Source: an uncultured delta proteobacterium
GTDB lineage: Bacteria; Myxococcota; Myxococcia; Myxococcales; Myxococcaceae
Assembly: GCA_963713045.1 (NCBI GenBank)
Contig: CAVQKE010000003.1
Location: 1,120,001-1,184,000, forward strand
Reading direction: 5' to 3'
Length of the DNA stretch: 64,000 bases
Position 1 is the first letter of the stretch. Every line of letters starts with the position of its first letter. Of this stretch, positions 1-8,992 are shown piece after piece. Made by a program: the position numbers and the translations under genes. A model generated the notes under the pieces. It made no database searches and was not told where the DNA came from. It saw only the letters and a program-made list of their open reading frames with translations.

Positions 1-345
1 GACCGCGTGAAGCGCGGGCCGGACAAGGGGGCCTTCCGGGTGGATGAGGTGCGCTCGCCAGTCATTTTTTGGGAGCGCTCGCACCGCAACGCCGAAGGCG
101 AATTGGTGGCCGGCCAACTGTGGGCCGAGTTGGACGTCACCCCCGAAACCGGGCGTCGGACGTCGGCGCCCGAGCGCTTCCGCCAACTCTTCGAAGAAGT
201 GGCAGCTTGGCTGAAGAAGAATTTCCGGCGCAGCGACCCGGTGGGCTTTCTCGTCGGCCCGGCGGCGGCCCGCGCCTTCAAGGAGGGGTTGGTGCTGCGC
301 ACCGCTGGCCACCGCGGCGACACCGTCCGGCCGGGCCGCGCCTAA
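1..345 (+). CDS. Hypothetical protein, 3' part (frame open to the window edge)
   Basis: Frame is open from base 1 to TAA at 343-345 with protein-like composition; no family recognised. Confidence 0.6.
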   Translation, partial: DRVKRGPDKGAFRVDEVRSPVIFWERSHRNAEGELVAGQLWAELDVTPETGRRTSAPERFRQLFEEVAAWLKKNFRRSDPVGFLVGPAAARAFKEGLVLRTAGHRGDTVRPGRA

Positions 346-359
346 GCCCTGAGAGAAAA

Positions 360-761
360 ATGGCCTTCCGAGTGGCAATCGCTGCCGTGGTTCTGTTGCA
401 CTTGGCCTTCATCGCGATGGTGGTCGGCGGCGCCCTCCTGGTGGTGCGTTGGCCGCGGCTGGCCTGGATTCAACTGCCGGTCTTCGTGTGGGGGGCGTTG
501 GTCAACCTCGCCCGCTGGCCCTGCCCCCTGACCACACTCGAAAATGCGCTGCGGGCCAGCGCCGGGGAGCGCCCCTATGCGGGTAGCTTCGTCGGTCACT
601 ACCTGTGGCCTTCCCAGTCCCCCGCCCTGGCCGGCTTGCACGTCGACGTGGCCATTGGCATCTTCGTGTTGCTGGTGAATTTCGCGCTGTACGCCTACCT
701 CCTCCTCCGGAGGCGTCGCGCACACGTCCAGCGGCACGCCACGGAGAGTTTGCCCCGCTGA
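360..761 (+). CDS. DUF2784-family membrane protein
   Basis: ATG at 360; hydrophobic helices with HLAFI, WPCPLTTLEN and SFVGHYL motifs typical of DUF2784. Confidence 0.8.
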   Translation: MAFRVAIAAVVLLHLAFIAMVVGGALLVVRWPRLAWIQLPVFVWGALVNLARWPCPLTTLENALRASAGERPYAGSFVGHYLWPSQSPALAGLHVDVAIGIFVLLVNFALYAYLLLRRRRAHVQRHATESLPR

Positions 762-860
762 CACCTGGACGAGCCCCTGGTCCAGCATGCTGGCTTCCCG
801 ACCCAGCTTGTCGCACGCCGTTTTCCCCTCCCAAAGGCGTGCAGGGCATGACGAGGCCGG

Positions 861-2084
861 ATGGCAATCATCGGACTGCTGTTGCTGATCGCCGCGGCGC
901 TCGGCGTGGCCATGGTGGCAGTGATGGTGCTGCTCACCGTGCTGCACCTGCAGAAGGTGGCGCCGGTGCCCAGCAGCTGGCCAGGAATCTCCCTGCTGAA
1001 GCCGCTGTGCGGGGCAGACGACGCGCTGGAGGAAAACCTCGCCAGCTTCGTCGCGTTGCCCTACCCGGGCGAGTACGAAGTGGTGCTGGGAGTCCGCTCG
1101 GTGCGCGACACCGCCTACCCGCTGGCCTGCGAGGCCGTTCGCCGCTGGCCGCACCGCGTCCGCCTGGTGCTGCAGGAGGGCGAGGCCGGCTTCAACCCCA
1201 AGGTGAACCAGCTGGTCTGCCTGGCACGGGCTGCTCGGTATGACCTGTTGGTCGTCAGCGACTCCAACATCCGCGTCCCTGCCGGCTACCTGTTGGACAT
1301 TGCCGGACACCTGAGCCGTCCGGGGGTGGGCTGCGTGACGCATCCCGTGGCCGGCAAGGGGCACAAGTCGCTCGGCGCGCTGCTGGACAACCTCCACCTC
1401 GGCGGCAGCGTCGCCCCGGGGATGGTGTGCGCCAAGCGGGTGTTGAAGAAGGACTTGGTGGTGGGCAAGTCGATGGCGCTCTGGCGACACGACTTGGAGC
1501 TATTGGGTGGGTTTGCCTCGGTGGCCAATGTCCTGGCCGAGGACCACGTCCTCGGAAACCGGCTGGTGCGGGAGCTCGGCACCGGAGTCGCCGTCAGTAG
1601 CCTCCCGGTGTGGAACATCGCCGTGGAGAAGAGCGTCGGTTCCTTCTTCCGGCGCTATTTGCGCTGGAGTGTCACCCACCGCACCGCGATGACGTTTCCG
1701 GCCTACCTCGCCGAGTCGCTGTTGAACCCCATCCCCCTGGCAGTCATCGGTTTTGCGCTGCGACCTGGGCCCGGGGCGGCGGCGACGCTGGCGGCCTGCG
1801 CCGTGCTGAAGCCGGCCCTCGACTCGGTGGCCTTCAGTCGCCTGCGTCAGCAGCTTTTCTCCTGGCGGGCCTTTGGCGCGGGCTGGGTGAAGGACGGGCT
1901 TCTCTTCGTCACCTGGGTGCATGGCCTGTTTGCCCGCACCGTCCAGTGGCGCGGAAACCGGCTCCGGGTGCTTCCCGGTGGCGTCCTCATCGCGCCGCGC
2001 GGTTACCAAGCCACCCAAGTCGCTGAGAGTTTTCCGGCTCTCCACGGGAGCGCCCCCACAACCTGGTCGAATGTTCAGGCATGA
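861..2084 (+). CDS. Ceramide glucosyltransferase / HpnI-like GT-A glycosyltransferase
   Basis: N-terminal TM helix; SLLKPLCG, NPKVNQL, SDSN, GKSMAL, LAEDH and RYLRW ((Q/R)xxRW) motifs; C-terminal VQWRG. Confidence 0.85.
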   Translation: MAIIGLLLLIAAALGVAMVAVMVLLTVLHLQKVAPVPSSWPGISLLKPLCGADDALEENLASFVALPYPGEYEVVLGVRSVRDTAYPLACEAVRRWPHRVRLVLQEGEAGFNPKVNQLVCLARAARYDLLVVSDSNIRVPAGYLLDIAGHLSRPGVGCVTHPVAGKGHKSLGALLDNLHLGGSVAPGMVCAKRVLKKDLVVGKSMALWRHDLELLGGFASVANVLAEDHVLGNRLVRELGTGVAVSSLPVWNIAVEKSVGSFFRRYLRWSVTHRTAMTFPAYLAESLLNPIPLAVIGFALRPGPGAAATLAACAVLKPALDSVAFSRLRQQLFSWRAFGAGWVKDGLLFVTWVHGLFARTVQWRGNRLRVLPGGVLIAPRGYQATQVAESFPALHGSAPTTWSNVQA

Positions 2085-2926
2085 GTTTTCAGACGCTCGC
2101 CCACCTCTCGGACTTGCACCTCGGTGGCGGCCGAGCCAACGAGGCGTCTGCCCGAGCGCTGGTGGAGGCACTGCAGGAAGCCCAGGTGGACCAGGTGGTG
2201 GTGACCGGGGACATCACCCACCGCGGCCGGGACGAGGAGATGTCGCTCTTCTTCGACATCTTCGCGCCCTTAAGCCGTGCCCACCGGTTGACGGTTGTCC
2301 CGGGGAATCACGACCGGACGTCCGATGATGCCGGAGGGGCACTGATGGCCGGCGCGCGCGTCGCGGTCGAGGAAAAGCCGGGCCTCTTCCTCATCCGCAT
2401 CGACTCGACCGCGTCCCACAACCGTTCCTACTGGGCGTCCCACGGGGAAGTCACCCAAGGCATGGTGGACGACGTCGACGCGGCCCTGAAGCGCGCGCCG
2501 GCAACGGCGCTTCGCGTCTTGCTGCTGCACCACCACCCTTTGGCCCTTCCGGAGGAGTCGTGGCTGGAGCGCTGGAGCGAGTGGCTGCGGCTCCCCTATT
2601 GCTCGGAGCTTCCGCTCGGCCGCCAGCTGTTGCGCCGTGCGCGAGGCCAGGCCGACTTGGTGCTGCACGGCCACCGGCATGTCCCGCGCGAAATCCACCT
2701 GGGCGCGCCCGGGGAACGGCCGCTGGCCTTGTACAACGCCGGAAGCTCCACCCAGCTGCGCCGGATGCGCCTCTTCTCCCACGACGATGGAGTGCTGCAG
2801 GCGCCCCCGCGCTGGCTGTGGGCCGACCCCGCCCACCTCTCAGACGGCCGCCGACTTCCGGTCATGGTGCCTGCGCCGCAGCGTGCGGTGGAGCGGGCCG
2901 GGCTGGCCATCACCGCTGGAAGCTAA
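2081..2926 (+). CDS. Calcineurin-like metallophosphoesterase
   Basis: SDLH, TGD, GNHD, HHH and GHRH metal-binding motifs; ATGA overlap with the upstream glycosyltransferase. Confidence 0.9.
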   Translation: MSFQTLAHLSDLHLGGGRANEASARALVEALQEAQVDQVVVTGDITHRGRDEEMSLFFDIFAPLSRAHRLTVVPGNHDRTSDDAGGALMAGARVAVEEKPGLFLIRIDSTASHNRSYWASHGEVTQGMVDDVDAALKRAPATALRVLLLHHHPLALPEESWLERWSEWLRLPYCSELPLGRQLLRRARGQADLVLHGHRHVPREIHLGAPGERPLALYNAGSSTQLRRMRLFSHDDGVLQAPPRWLWADPAHLSDGRRLPVMVPAPQRAVERAGLAITAGS

Positions 2927-2952
2927 GGCCCAGGAAGGGCCGCCTTAAGAAT

Positions 2953-4581
2953 CTAGAGGGACGTGCGCTTCTCGACGGACTGCGGGCTCCCGAGCGGTGG
3001 TGCGGCCGAGAGAAAGGTGAGCTCCGGGTGCTTCTCCACCGTGTGCTGCAGCGACCAGTCGTCGCGGAAGAGGACCAACGGCTGCCCGTCGCGGTCTTGC
3101 ACCGTCTGGCGGTTTCCGCCCCAGTCGAAGCTCTTCGGGTCAAACTCGCCGACCACCCAGCGCGCGTGGCCGTAGGGCAGCTTGTCCAGGAGGATGTCCG
3201 CGCCATATTCGTGCTCAATGCGGTACTGCAGCACCTCGAGTTGCAGCGGACCCACGACGCCGACGATGGGGTCACGCATCCCCATGTGCAGCTGCTGAAA
3301 AATCTGGATGGTGCCTTCCTCGCTGAGCTGCTCCAGGCCCTTTTCCATCTGCTTGCGGCGCATCGGGTCCCGCGCGCGAACCACCGCAAAGTGCTCGGGC
3401 GAAAAACGGGGAACGCCCTCGAATTCGAAGTCGTCTCCCTCCAGCAGCGTGTCGCCGATGCGGTACAGCCCGGGGTCGAAAAGGCCAATCACGTCCCCTG
3501 GCCACGCCTCATCGATGGCCGTCCGTTCCGCAGCGAGAAACTGGGTGGGGTTGGCCAGGCGCACCGTCTTCTGGAGGCGGACGTGAAAGGCGTCCATTCC
3601 CCTGGTGTATTTGCCGGAGACCACCCGCACGAAGGCCACCCGGTCGCGGTGTGACGGGTCCATGTTCGCTTGGATTTTGAAGACGAAGCCGCTGAATTTG
3701 GGGTCGGTCGGCTCCTGGTAGCCGTGGCTGGTGCTCCGCGGGGCAGGCGGAGGCGCCAGCTTGAGGAAGGCGTCGAGGAAGGGCCGCACGCCGAAGTTGG
3801 TCATCGCGCTGCCGAAAAACATGGGCGTAATCTGTCCGCGGTCGCTCTTTTCTCGCGCGAAGGCATCGCCCCCGATGTCCAACAGCTCGACGTCCTCGCG
3901 GAGCTGCGTCAGTTCGGACCCCTCCAGCACCTGCGACACCTCCGGCGAGTCCAAGCTCACCACCCGCTCTTCGGCGGCGGACTCGCCGTGGCTTCCCTCC
4001 GCGGAAAAGACGTGCACCGCGCGCGAGGTTCGGTCGTAGACGCCCCGGAACTCGGGCCCCATCCCAATCGGCCAATTCATCGGGTAGGCACGGATGCCGA
4101 GTACCTGCTCCAGCTCATCCATCAGTTCGAGCGGGGAGCGCCCGTAGCGGTCCAGCTTGTTGATGAAGGTGAAGATGGGGATGGCCCGCAGCCGACAGAC
4201 TTGAAACAGCTTCTTGGTTTGCGGCTCCACGCCCTTGGCGGCGTCGATGAGCATCACGGCACTGTCCGCCGCGGACAGCGTCCGGTAGGTGTCCTCGGAG
4301 AAGTCCTGGTGCCCGGGGGTATCCAGCAGGTTCACCTCATGGCCCTGGTATTCGAATTGGAGCACCGATGAGGTGACCGAGATGCCGCGCTCCTTCTCCA
4401 GCTCCATCCAGTCGCTGGTGGCGTGCCGGCGCGCTCGGCGCGCCTTGACACTCCCCGCGAGGTGAATGGCACCGCCGTAGAGAAGCAGCTTCTCGGTGAG
4501 CGTCGTCTTGCCGGCGTCAGGGTGACTGATGATGGCGAAGGTGCGCCGGCGGGCGACTTCGCGCTCGAGCTCCGTGGGCAT
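2953..4581 (-). CDS. prfC: Peptide chain release factor 3
   Basis: RRTFAIISHPDAGKTT, SDWMELEKERGIS, DTPGH, NKLD and FKIQANMD..HRDRVAF motifs. Confidence 0.98.
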   Translation of the reverse strand: MPTELEREVARRRTFAIISHPDAGKTTLTEKLLLYGGAIHLAGSVKARRARRHATSDWMELEKERGISVTSSVLQFEYQGHEVNLLDTPGHQDFSEDTYRTLSAADSAVMLIDAAKGVEPQTKKLFQVCRLRAIPIFTFINKLDRYGRSPLELMDELEQVLGIRAYPMNWPIGMGPEFRGVYDRTSRAVHVFSAEGSHGESAAEERVVSLDSPEVSQVLEGSELTQLREDVELLDIGGDAFAREKSDRGQITPMFFGSAMTNFGVRPFLDAFLKLAPPPAPRSTSHGYQEPTDPKFSGFVFKIQANMDPSHRDRVAFVRVVSGKYTRGMDAFHVRLQKTVRLANPTQFLAAERTAIDEAWPGDVIGLFDPGLYRIGDTLLEGDDFEFEGVPRFSPEHFAVVRARDPMRRKQMEKGLEQLSEEGTIQIFQQLHMGMRDPIVGVVGPLQLEVLQYRIEHEYGADILLDKLPYGHARWVVGEFDPKSFDWGGNRQTVQDRDGQPLVLFRDDWSLQHTVEKHPELTFLSAAPPLGSPQSVEKRTSL

Positions 4582-4620
4582 GACTGGGGCGGGTGCGGGT
4601 GGCCTCCTACCATGAAGCGT

Positions 4621-4861
4621 CCCGCAACCACGATGAGGTGCCCCCCTCTATAGCGGCGTATTCGCTGCGGCGCCTCAGCAAGGGGGGGGTGGGTAGCCAG
4701 CCTCCCACCCCGCAGAAGGGACCGCCCGGAGTCGCGCCGCCTTCTTCCAACTGCGCCCCGGTGGGGTGAGGAGAATTGCCCTCCCCGAGCGTCTCAAGGG
4801 CGGGCACAGAGCGACAAACCCCTTCGTCACGGCTCCTGGGGGGGGAGCCACCTCATGCGGG
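4621..4861. ncRNA. Candidate structured non-coding element in the prfC / csgG-like divergent intergenic region
   Basis: Terminal pairings CCCGC/GCGGG and ATGAGGTG/CACCTCAT enclose several hairpins; no convincing ORF; no known family recognised. Confidence 0.3.
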
Positions 4862-5060
4862 CACCACCTTCCTCCTGTCACGACGCCAGCCGGCGATGGC
4901 AGCGGTCAGTGTGTGGGGTGCGGCCATCGGGTGCGTTTTCCGTTGTTGAGGTCCGGGCGCGTTTCGCTCATTCTTTTGCCCTGAATCTCGCTGGCCCTCG
5001 TTCTGCCGCGGACGCCGGAGATTCAGCATCCCACCCATCGCCGTCCCTCCAGGTGTCGCC

Positions 5061-5987
5061 ATGAAACCCAAGCTCTTCTTTGCGCTCCTCTCGTCCTTGG
5101 TTTTCCCCGCGCTTGCCCAGGCCCAGGCTCCGGCTGCCACCGGAGGGCTGCGGTTCACCGTCGCGGTCATCAAGTTCGAAAACCACTCCCCCTATCGCGG
5201 CCAATTCGCGCTTTCCGACACCTGGGGGTCGATGCTGACCGACTCGCTGCAGCAGTCCGGCCACTTCATCGTCCTGGGCGAGGCCGACATGCGTCAGGCG
5301 GCCATCCAGGAGCAGGATTTCGGACAAAGCGGACGCGTCGCCGGCGGCAACAAGACTCCAACGGTGGGGCACATGACCCCGGCCCAACTTTTGGTGAAGG
5401 GCGAAATCACCAACTTCCAAGTCACCGGCGGTGGGGGTGGCGGGGTCTCCGCCCCAGTGCCGGGCTTCGGAGGCATTCACGTCGGTGGGAATTCGGAGAC
5501 GGCCGAAATCAACACCGTCGTCTACATCGTCGACTCCACCACCGGCCAGGTGGTGGCCTCCAAGAAGGTGCATGGGACCGCGGAAAGCAGTGGAGCAGCC
5601 GTCGGCTTCAACAGCTGGTACGGCGCGGGAGCCGACATGAGCACCTTCAAGAAGACGAACGTCGGCACGGCCATGGAGAAGGCCATCGATGAGGCCGTGG
5701 CCTTCCTCACCTCGAGACTTCCGACGCTGCACTGGACCGGCAACGTCATCCTGGTGAAGGGTCCGCAGGTCTACATCAACCGCGGCTCCCGCGAAGGGGT
5801 GCAGGCCGGGCAAATCTTCAAGGTCGGGAACACCGAGGTGCTGCGGGACCCGGCCACCGGTGAGGAGCTGGACACCAGCATGACCGAGAAGGGCAAGATT
5901 CGCGTCGACACGGTGAAGGAAAAGGTCGCCATCTGCTCGGTCATTCAAGGCAGCGGCATGGAGCCGGGCATGTCCGTGATGCCCTGA
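5061..5987 (+). CDS. Secreted CsgG/HfaB-family protein with a C-terminal FlgT-like beta domain
   Basis: Sec signal ending AQA; VAVIKFEN, MLTDSLQQSGHFIVL, EQD, AQLLVKGEITNF, IVDSTTGQVV; C-terminal VYINRGSREGVQAG and DPATGEEL. Confidence 0.8.
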   Translation: MKPKLFFALLSSLVFPALAQAQAPAATGGLRFTVAVIKFENHSPYRGQFALSDTWGSMLTDSLQQSGHFIVLGEADMRQAAIQEQDFGQSGRVAGGNKTPTVGHMTPAQLLVKGEITNFQVTGGGGGGVSAPVPGFGGIHVGGNSETAEINTVVYIVDSTTGQVVASKKVHGTAESSGAAVGFNSWYGAGADMSTFKKTNVGTAMEKAIDEAVAFLTSRLPTLHWTGNVILVKGPQVYINRGSREGVQAGQIFKVGNTEVLRDPATGEELDTSMTEKGKIRVDTVKEKVAICSVIQGSGMEPGMSVMP

Positions 5988-6021
5988 CGCACGGGGGCTG
6001 CGCCGGCGACGGGAACCCACA

Positions 6022-6088
6022 CCAGCAGGGCTGAAAGCCCAAGCGGGAGGTCACTCCCGCCAGGCCTTCAGCCCCTGAAGGGGGCTGG
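6022..6088. terminator. Three-hairpin cluster between convergent genes, probably a bidirectional terminator
   Basis: GGGCT/AGCCC, GCGGGAG/CTCCCGC and CCTTCAG/CTGAAGG stems closed by CCAGC/GCTGG; no U-tract. Confidence 0.45.
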
Positions 6089-6090
6089 CG

Positions 6091-7278
6091 TTACGGGTTG
6101 TCAAAGTCGGGCATCGCCGCGATGCGGACCACGGTGGGGTCGGGGGCACCCGGCTCGAGGGCCGTATTCATCCCATCGGTGGGGGCCTCCGGCTGGTCGT
6201 CCTGCAGGTCAACCGCGCAGGCGCTGATGTTGCCCTGCTCGCTCTCGACGGTGCACGTCCCGACAGAGGTGCAGGCCCACACCTTCCTCCAGCCGAGGTT
6301 TTCACTCGTGTCCCAGCACTCGGCGCCATACACCACCTCGTTGTTGGGCACGTTTCCGCCAGACACCAGCGCATCCGCGCGGCCACCCACCATCGGTTCA
6401 AACCGCGCCCGGCCGAGGAGCAGTTCTGCCAGGTTGGGGTTCCCGCCGAATTCCGGCATCTGGCCGTAGTACAGCACCCGGGCCGCGCGTACCCCGTCGA
6501 GCGTCTTGTGGCCGACGAAGGCAGCCGAGATGGGGGGATGGACCGAAGCGTCGATGGAGAAGTCCTTCAGCACATACACCAGCGTCTTGGCATCCCCGGC
6601 GAGCCCGGTACTGGAAGCGCCGGCGTCCGCAGCTGCGCCCGCGACGGGCGTCGCTGTGAGGGCGTAGTTGCTGTAGGCGCAGTACAACTTCCCCTGGCCC
6701 CAAAAGCCTGGGCTCACCGTCTTGAAGGCGTCTAAGTCAAAGCCAATCTGCCCCCGGCCGCGGTGCACCATGTCGTTGTCGGCATGGAAGAGAGTCCCCG
6801 CGGCCAGCGTGGTGAGCGCCACGTTGGCTGCTGCGCCAGCGGTTTTCCCCTCCAGCTTCCAAGCATATTGGTGGGTCCCATAGCGCTTGACGGTGAGGAA
6901 GAAGCTGACCCCGTTCTGGACAACTGGCCCGTAACTTTTCGACTGGCCGACGACGATGTCCGTGCCTTGGGTGGAGATGAGTTGGGCGATGGGGGCGAAG
7001 TCCTGCTGCACGGCTTGGTTCAAATCGTGGATGCCCTGGCGGATGACTGGAAGAAATTCGAGTCCACTGGGCGCCGAGCTGCCGGCGTCCGTCGCGGAGG
7101 CGTCGGAGGACAGCGTCGCGTCCTCCGAGGCGGCGCCGGTCGCTTCCAGCGAAATGCCCGGCACGTCCGGTACCGCCGCGGCCAGCGGGTCGGACGTCGC
7201 GCTGGAGTTGGTGTTGCTGCCACAGCCGGCGACAAGCAGCGTCGCCGAAGTCAGGAACGAAAGCCTTTGGAGTCGCAT
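6091..7278 (-). CDS. Hypothetical lipoprotein
   Basis: SD GAGGAAGG before ATG 7278; lipobox LVAG-C; Ser/Ala-rich linker; Cys cluster near the C-terminus. Confidence 0.8.
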   Translation of the reverse strand: MRLQRLSFLTSATLLVAGCGSNTNSSATSDPLAAAVPDVPGISLEATGAASEDATLSSDASATDAGSSAPSGLEFLPVIRQGIHDLNQAVQQDFAPIAQLISTQGTDIVVGQSKSYGPVVQNGVSFFLTVKRYGTHQYAWKLEGKTAGAAANVALTTLAAGTLFHADNDMVHRGRGQIGFDLDAFKTVSPGFWGQGKLYCAYSNYALTATPVAGAAADAGASSTGLAGDAKTLVYVLKDFSIDASVHPPISAAFVGHKTLDGVRAARVLYYGQMPEFGGNPNLAELLLGRARFEPMVGGRADALVSGGNVPNNEVVYGAECWDTSENLGWRKVWACTSVGTCTVESEQGNISACAVDLQDDQPEAPTDGMNTALEPGAPDPTVVRIAAMPDFDNP

Positions 7279-7391
7279 GGTGCCCTTCCTCGAATTTTCT
7301 GAACGGAGAGTCCGCGTGTCCCTTGGAGGAAACAGTCCTCCGGGGCGGGAGTTACCGGCTTCAACCCAAGGCACCCCGGGTTGGTTGCGGG

Positions 7392-8189
7392 CTAACTGCT
7401 GGCCGAGGAATAGCGGGCGAGCGAACCCAGCCAAACGCGACGTGACAGCCATGCGAAGCCAGCCGCTCCCGCTACCGAGCCCACCAGTGCCCACGCGGAG
7501 AGGCGCCCGAGGAGGGCCTCGGCAGGGTAGGTCGTCATCAGCGCCAGCGGTACCACCAGCGTGAAAATCCAACGCAAGAGGCCTCGAAAAATCTGCACCG
7601 GCCACCGCGCGGCATCGAAAACTGAGCCAAACAGATTGGTGAGGTTGTCCACCTTCACCACGTAGAAGGCCGCGCTCACCGTTAAAATCCAGAGCGAGTA
7701 GAGCAGCAGGGTGGCGCTCCCGAGGAGCACCAGCGCGGCCAGCACACCGAGAGGCGCCGGCCCGTGCCCCAGTCGCACGAAGGCCACCACCCAAATGGCT
7801 AACGCTGTGAAGATGTTGGTGCTGCGCCAGGGCTCAAAGCGCGCCGTGGAGACGAGAAACTGGGCGTCGGCGGGCTTCAGCAGCACGAAGTCCAAGGTGC
7901 CTTTGCGAATGTGCTCCACCACCGCCGTCAGGCTGGGGTTGATGGCACCTTCGAGGATGGCCTCCAACAGGGTGAACCACCCGACCACCACCAGCGCCTC
8001 GGCGAAATTCCACCCGGCGATGAGGTCTCGGTCGTGGAAGACGACGGCCAGCGGCACCAGCGCAGTGGCCGTCCAGCACAGAGAGATGGCTCCGTCGATG
8101 AGAAAGTCCGCCCGGTACTGCAGCCCGAGCAGGACTGAGCTTCGAACTTGGACCCGGAAGAGCCGAAGGTAGCGGCGGAGCTTCCGCAT
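7392..8189 (-). CDS. ABC-2 type permease (DUF990 / ABC2_membrane_6 family)
   Basis: QYRADF, IAGWNF, IRKGTLDFVLLKPADAQF and RWPVQIF motifs; multiple TM helices. Confidence 0.88.
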   Translation of the reverse strand: MRKLRRYLRLFRVQVRSSVLLGLQYRADFLIDGAISLCWTATALVPLAVVFHDRDLIAGWNFAEALVVVGWFTLLEAILEGAINPSLTAVVEHIRKGTLDFVLLKPADAQFLVSTARFEPWRSTNIFTALAIWVVAFVRLGHGPAPLGVLAALVLLGSATLLLYSLWILTVSAAFYVVKVDNLTNLFGSVFDAARWPVQIFRGLLRWIFTLVVPLALMTTYPAEALLGRLSAWALVGSVAGAAGFAWLSRRVWLGSLARYSSASS

Positions 8190-8992
8190 CAGCCGCCGTA
8201 CGCGGCGAAGCGTCGAAGCCCGCGCCTCCAGATGACCAGCGCCGCCACCAACAGGCCGAGGACAAAGGCCCATTGTCGCGCCAGCATTCCCAAGGCGACC
8301 GGAAGTCCATAGGCCCCGGTCATCACCTCCACCGGGAAACCAATTTGGTAGCGAAAGGGCAGCCAGCCCACCAAGGCGCGCAGGGCGCCCGGAAAGAGTT
8401 CCACCGGCACCAGGTAGCCACTGAAAACCATGAAGCTCACCAGCCACACATCCATCACCTTGATGCTGCTTCCCGTCCAAAGCGCCAGGCAGCCGATGAT
8501 GAAGTTGGCGAGGAAGGTGATGAGCCATCCGCCGAGGACCGCCGCCACCCACACCGCCCACACCAGCGTCCCATGGGGAAGCGTTCGCGTGCCCAGAAGG
8601 ATGAGGGCCAGCACAGCCACCGGGAGGGCCACCACCAGACGCAAGGGCATGGCGGCGATGTTCTCCACCGCATAGCTGACCATCGGGTGGAGGGGCCGGA
8701 GCAAACGCATGGCCAGAGTTCCGGTGCGCACCTCGAAGCTCATCTGCCACGCCACCCAAGCGCCGGTGAGTTGCCGGACGATGAAGGTGGCGAGGAAGTA
8801 GGCCACAAAACCCCGCTGGTTGAAGCGGCCCACCGGAGCATCCGCGGCCACCGCCGACCAAAGCCCCAGCATGATGAGTGGCATGGTGGTGGACAGCACC
8901 CACACCAGCATCTCGGCCCGGTAGGCCACCGCTTCAGCGAAACCCACCCGCATCAGAGTCGGGAGCGAGCGCACCGTCGAGCGGGCGCTCAT
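8189..8992 (-). CDS. ABC-2 type permease (DUF990 family)
   Basis: AYRAE, VRTGTLAMRLLRP and FSGYLVPVELFP motifs; ends AYGG; overlaps both neighbours. Confidence 0.88.
   Translation of the reverse strand: MSARSTVRSLPTLMRVGFAEAVAYRAEMLVWVLSTTMPLIMLGLWSAVAADAPVGRFNQRGFVAYFLATFIVRQLTGAWVAWQMSFEVRTGTLAMRLLRPLHPMVSYAVENIAAMPLRLVVALPVAVLALILLGTRTLPHGTLVWAVWVAAVLGGWLITFLANFIIGCLALWTGSSIKVMDVWLVSFMVFSGYLVPVELFPGALRALVGWLPFRYQIGFPVEVMTGAYGLPVALGMLARQWAFVLGLLVAALVIWRRGLRRFAAYGG

Noticed and set aside
4621..4861. Retron msr-msd or group II intron remnant
   Set aside because: Terminal inverted repeats exist, but there is no reverse transcriptase in the window, no long msd hairpin and no proper domain V.
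6022..6088. tRNA or hammerhead ribozyme
   Set aside because: No TTC T-loop, 7-nt anticodon loop or CCA; no CUGANGA/GAAA core in the required arrangement.
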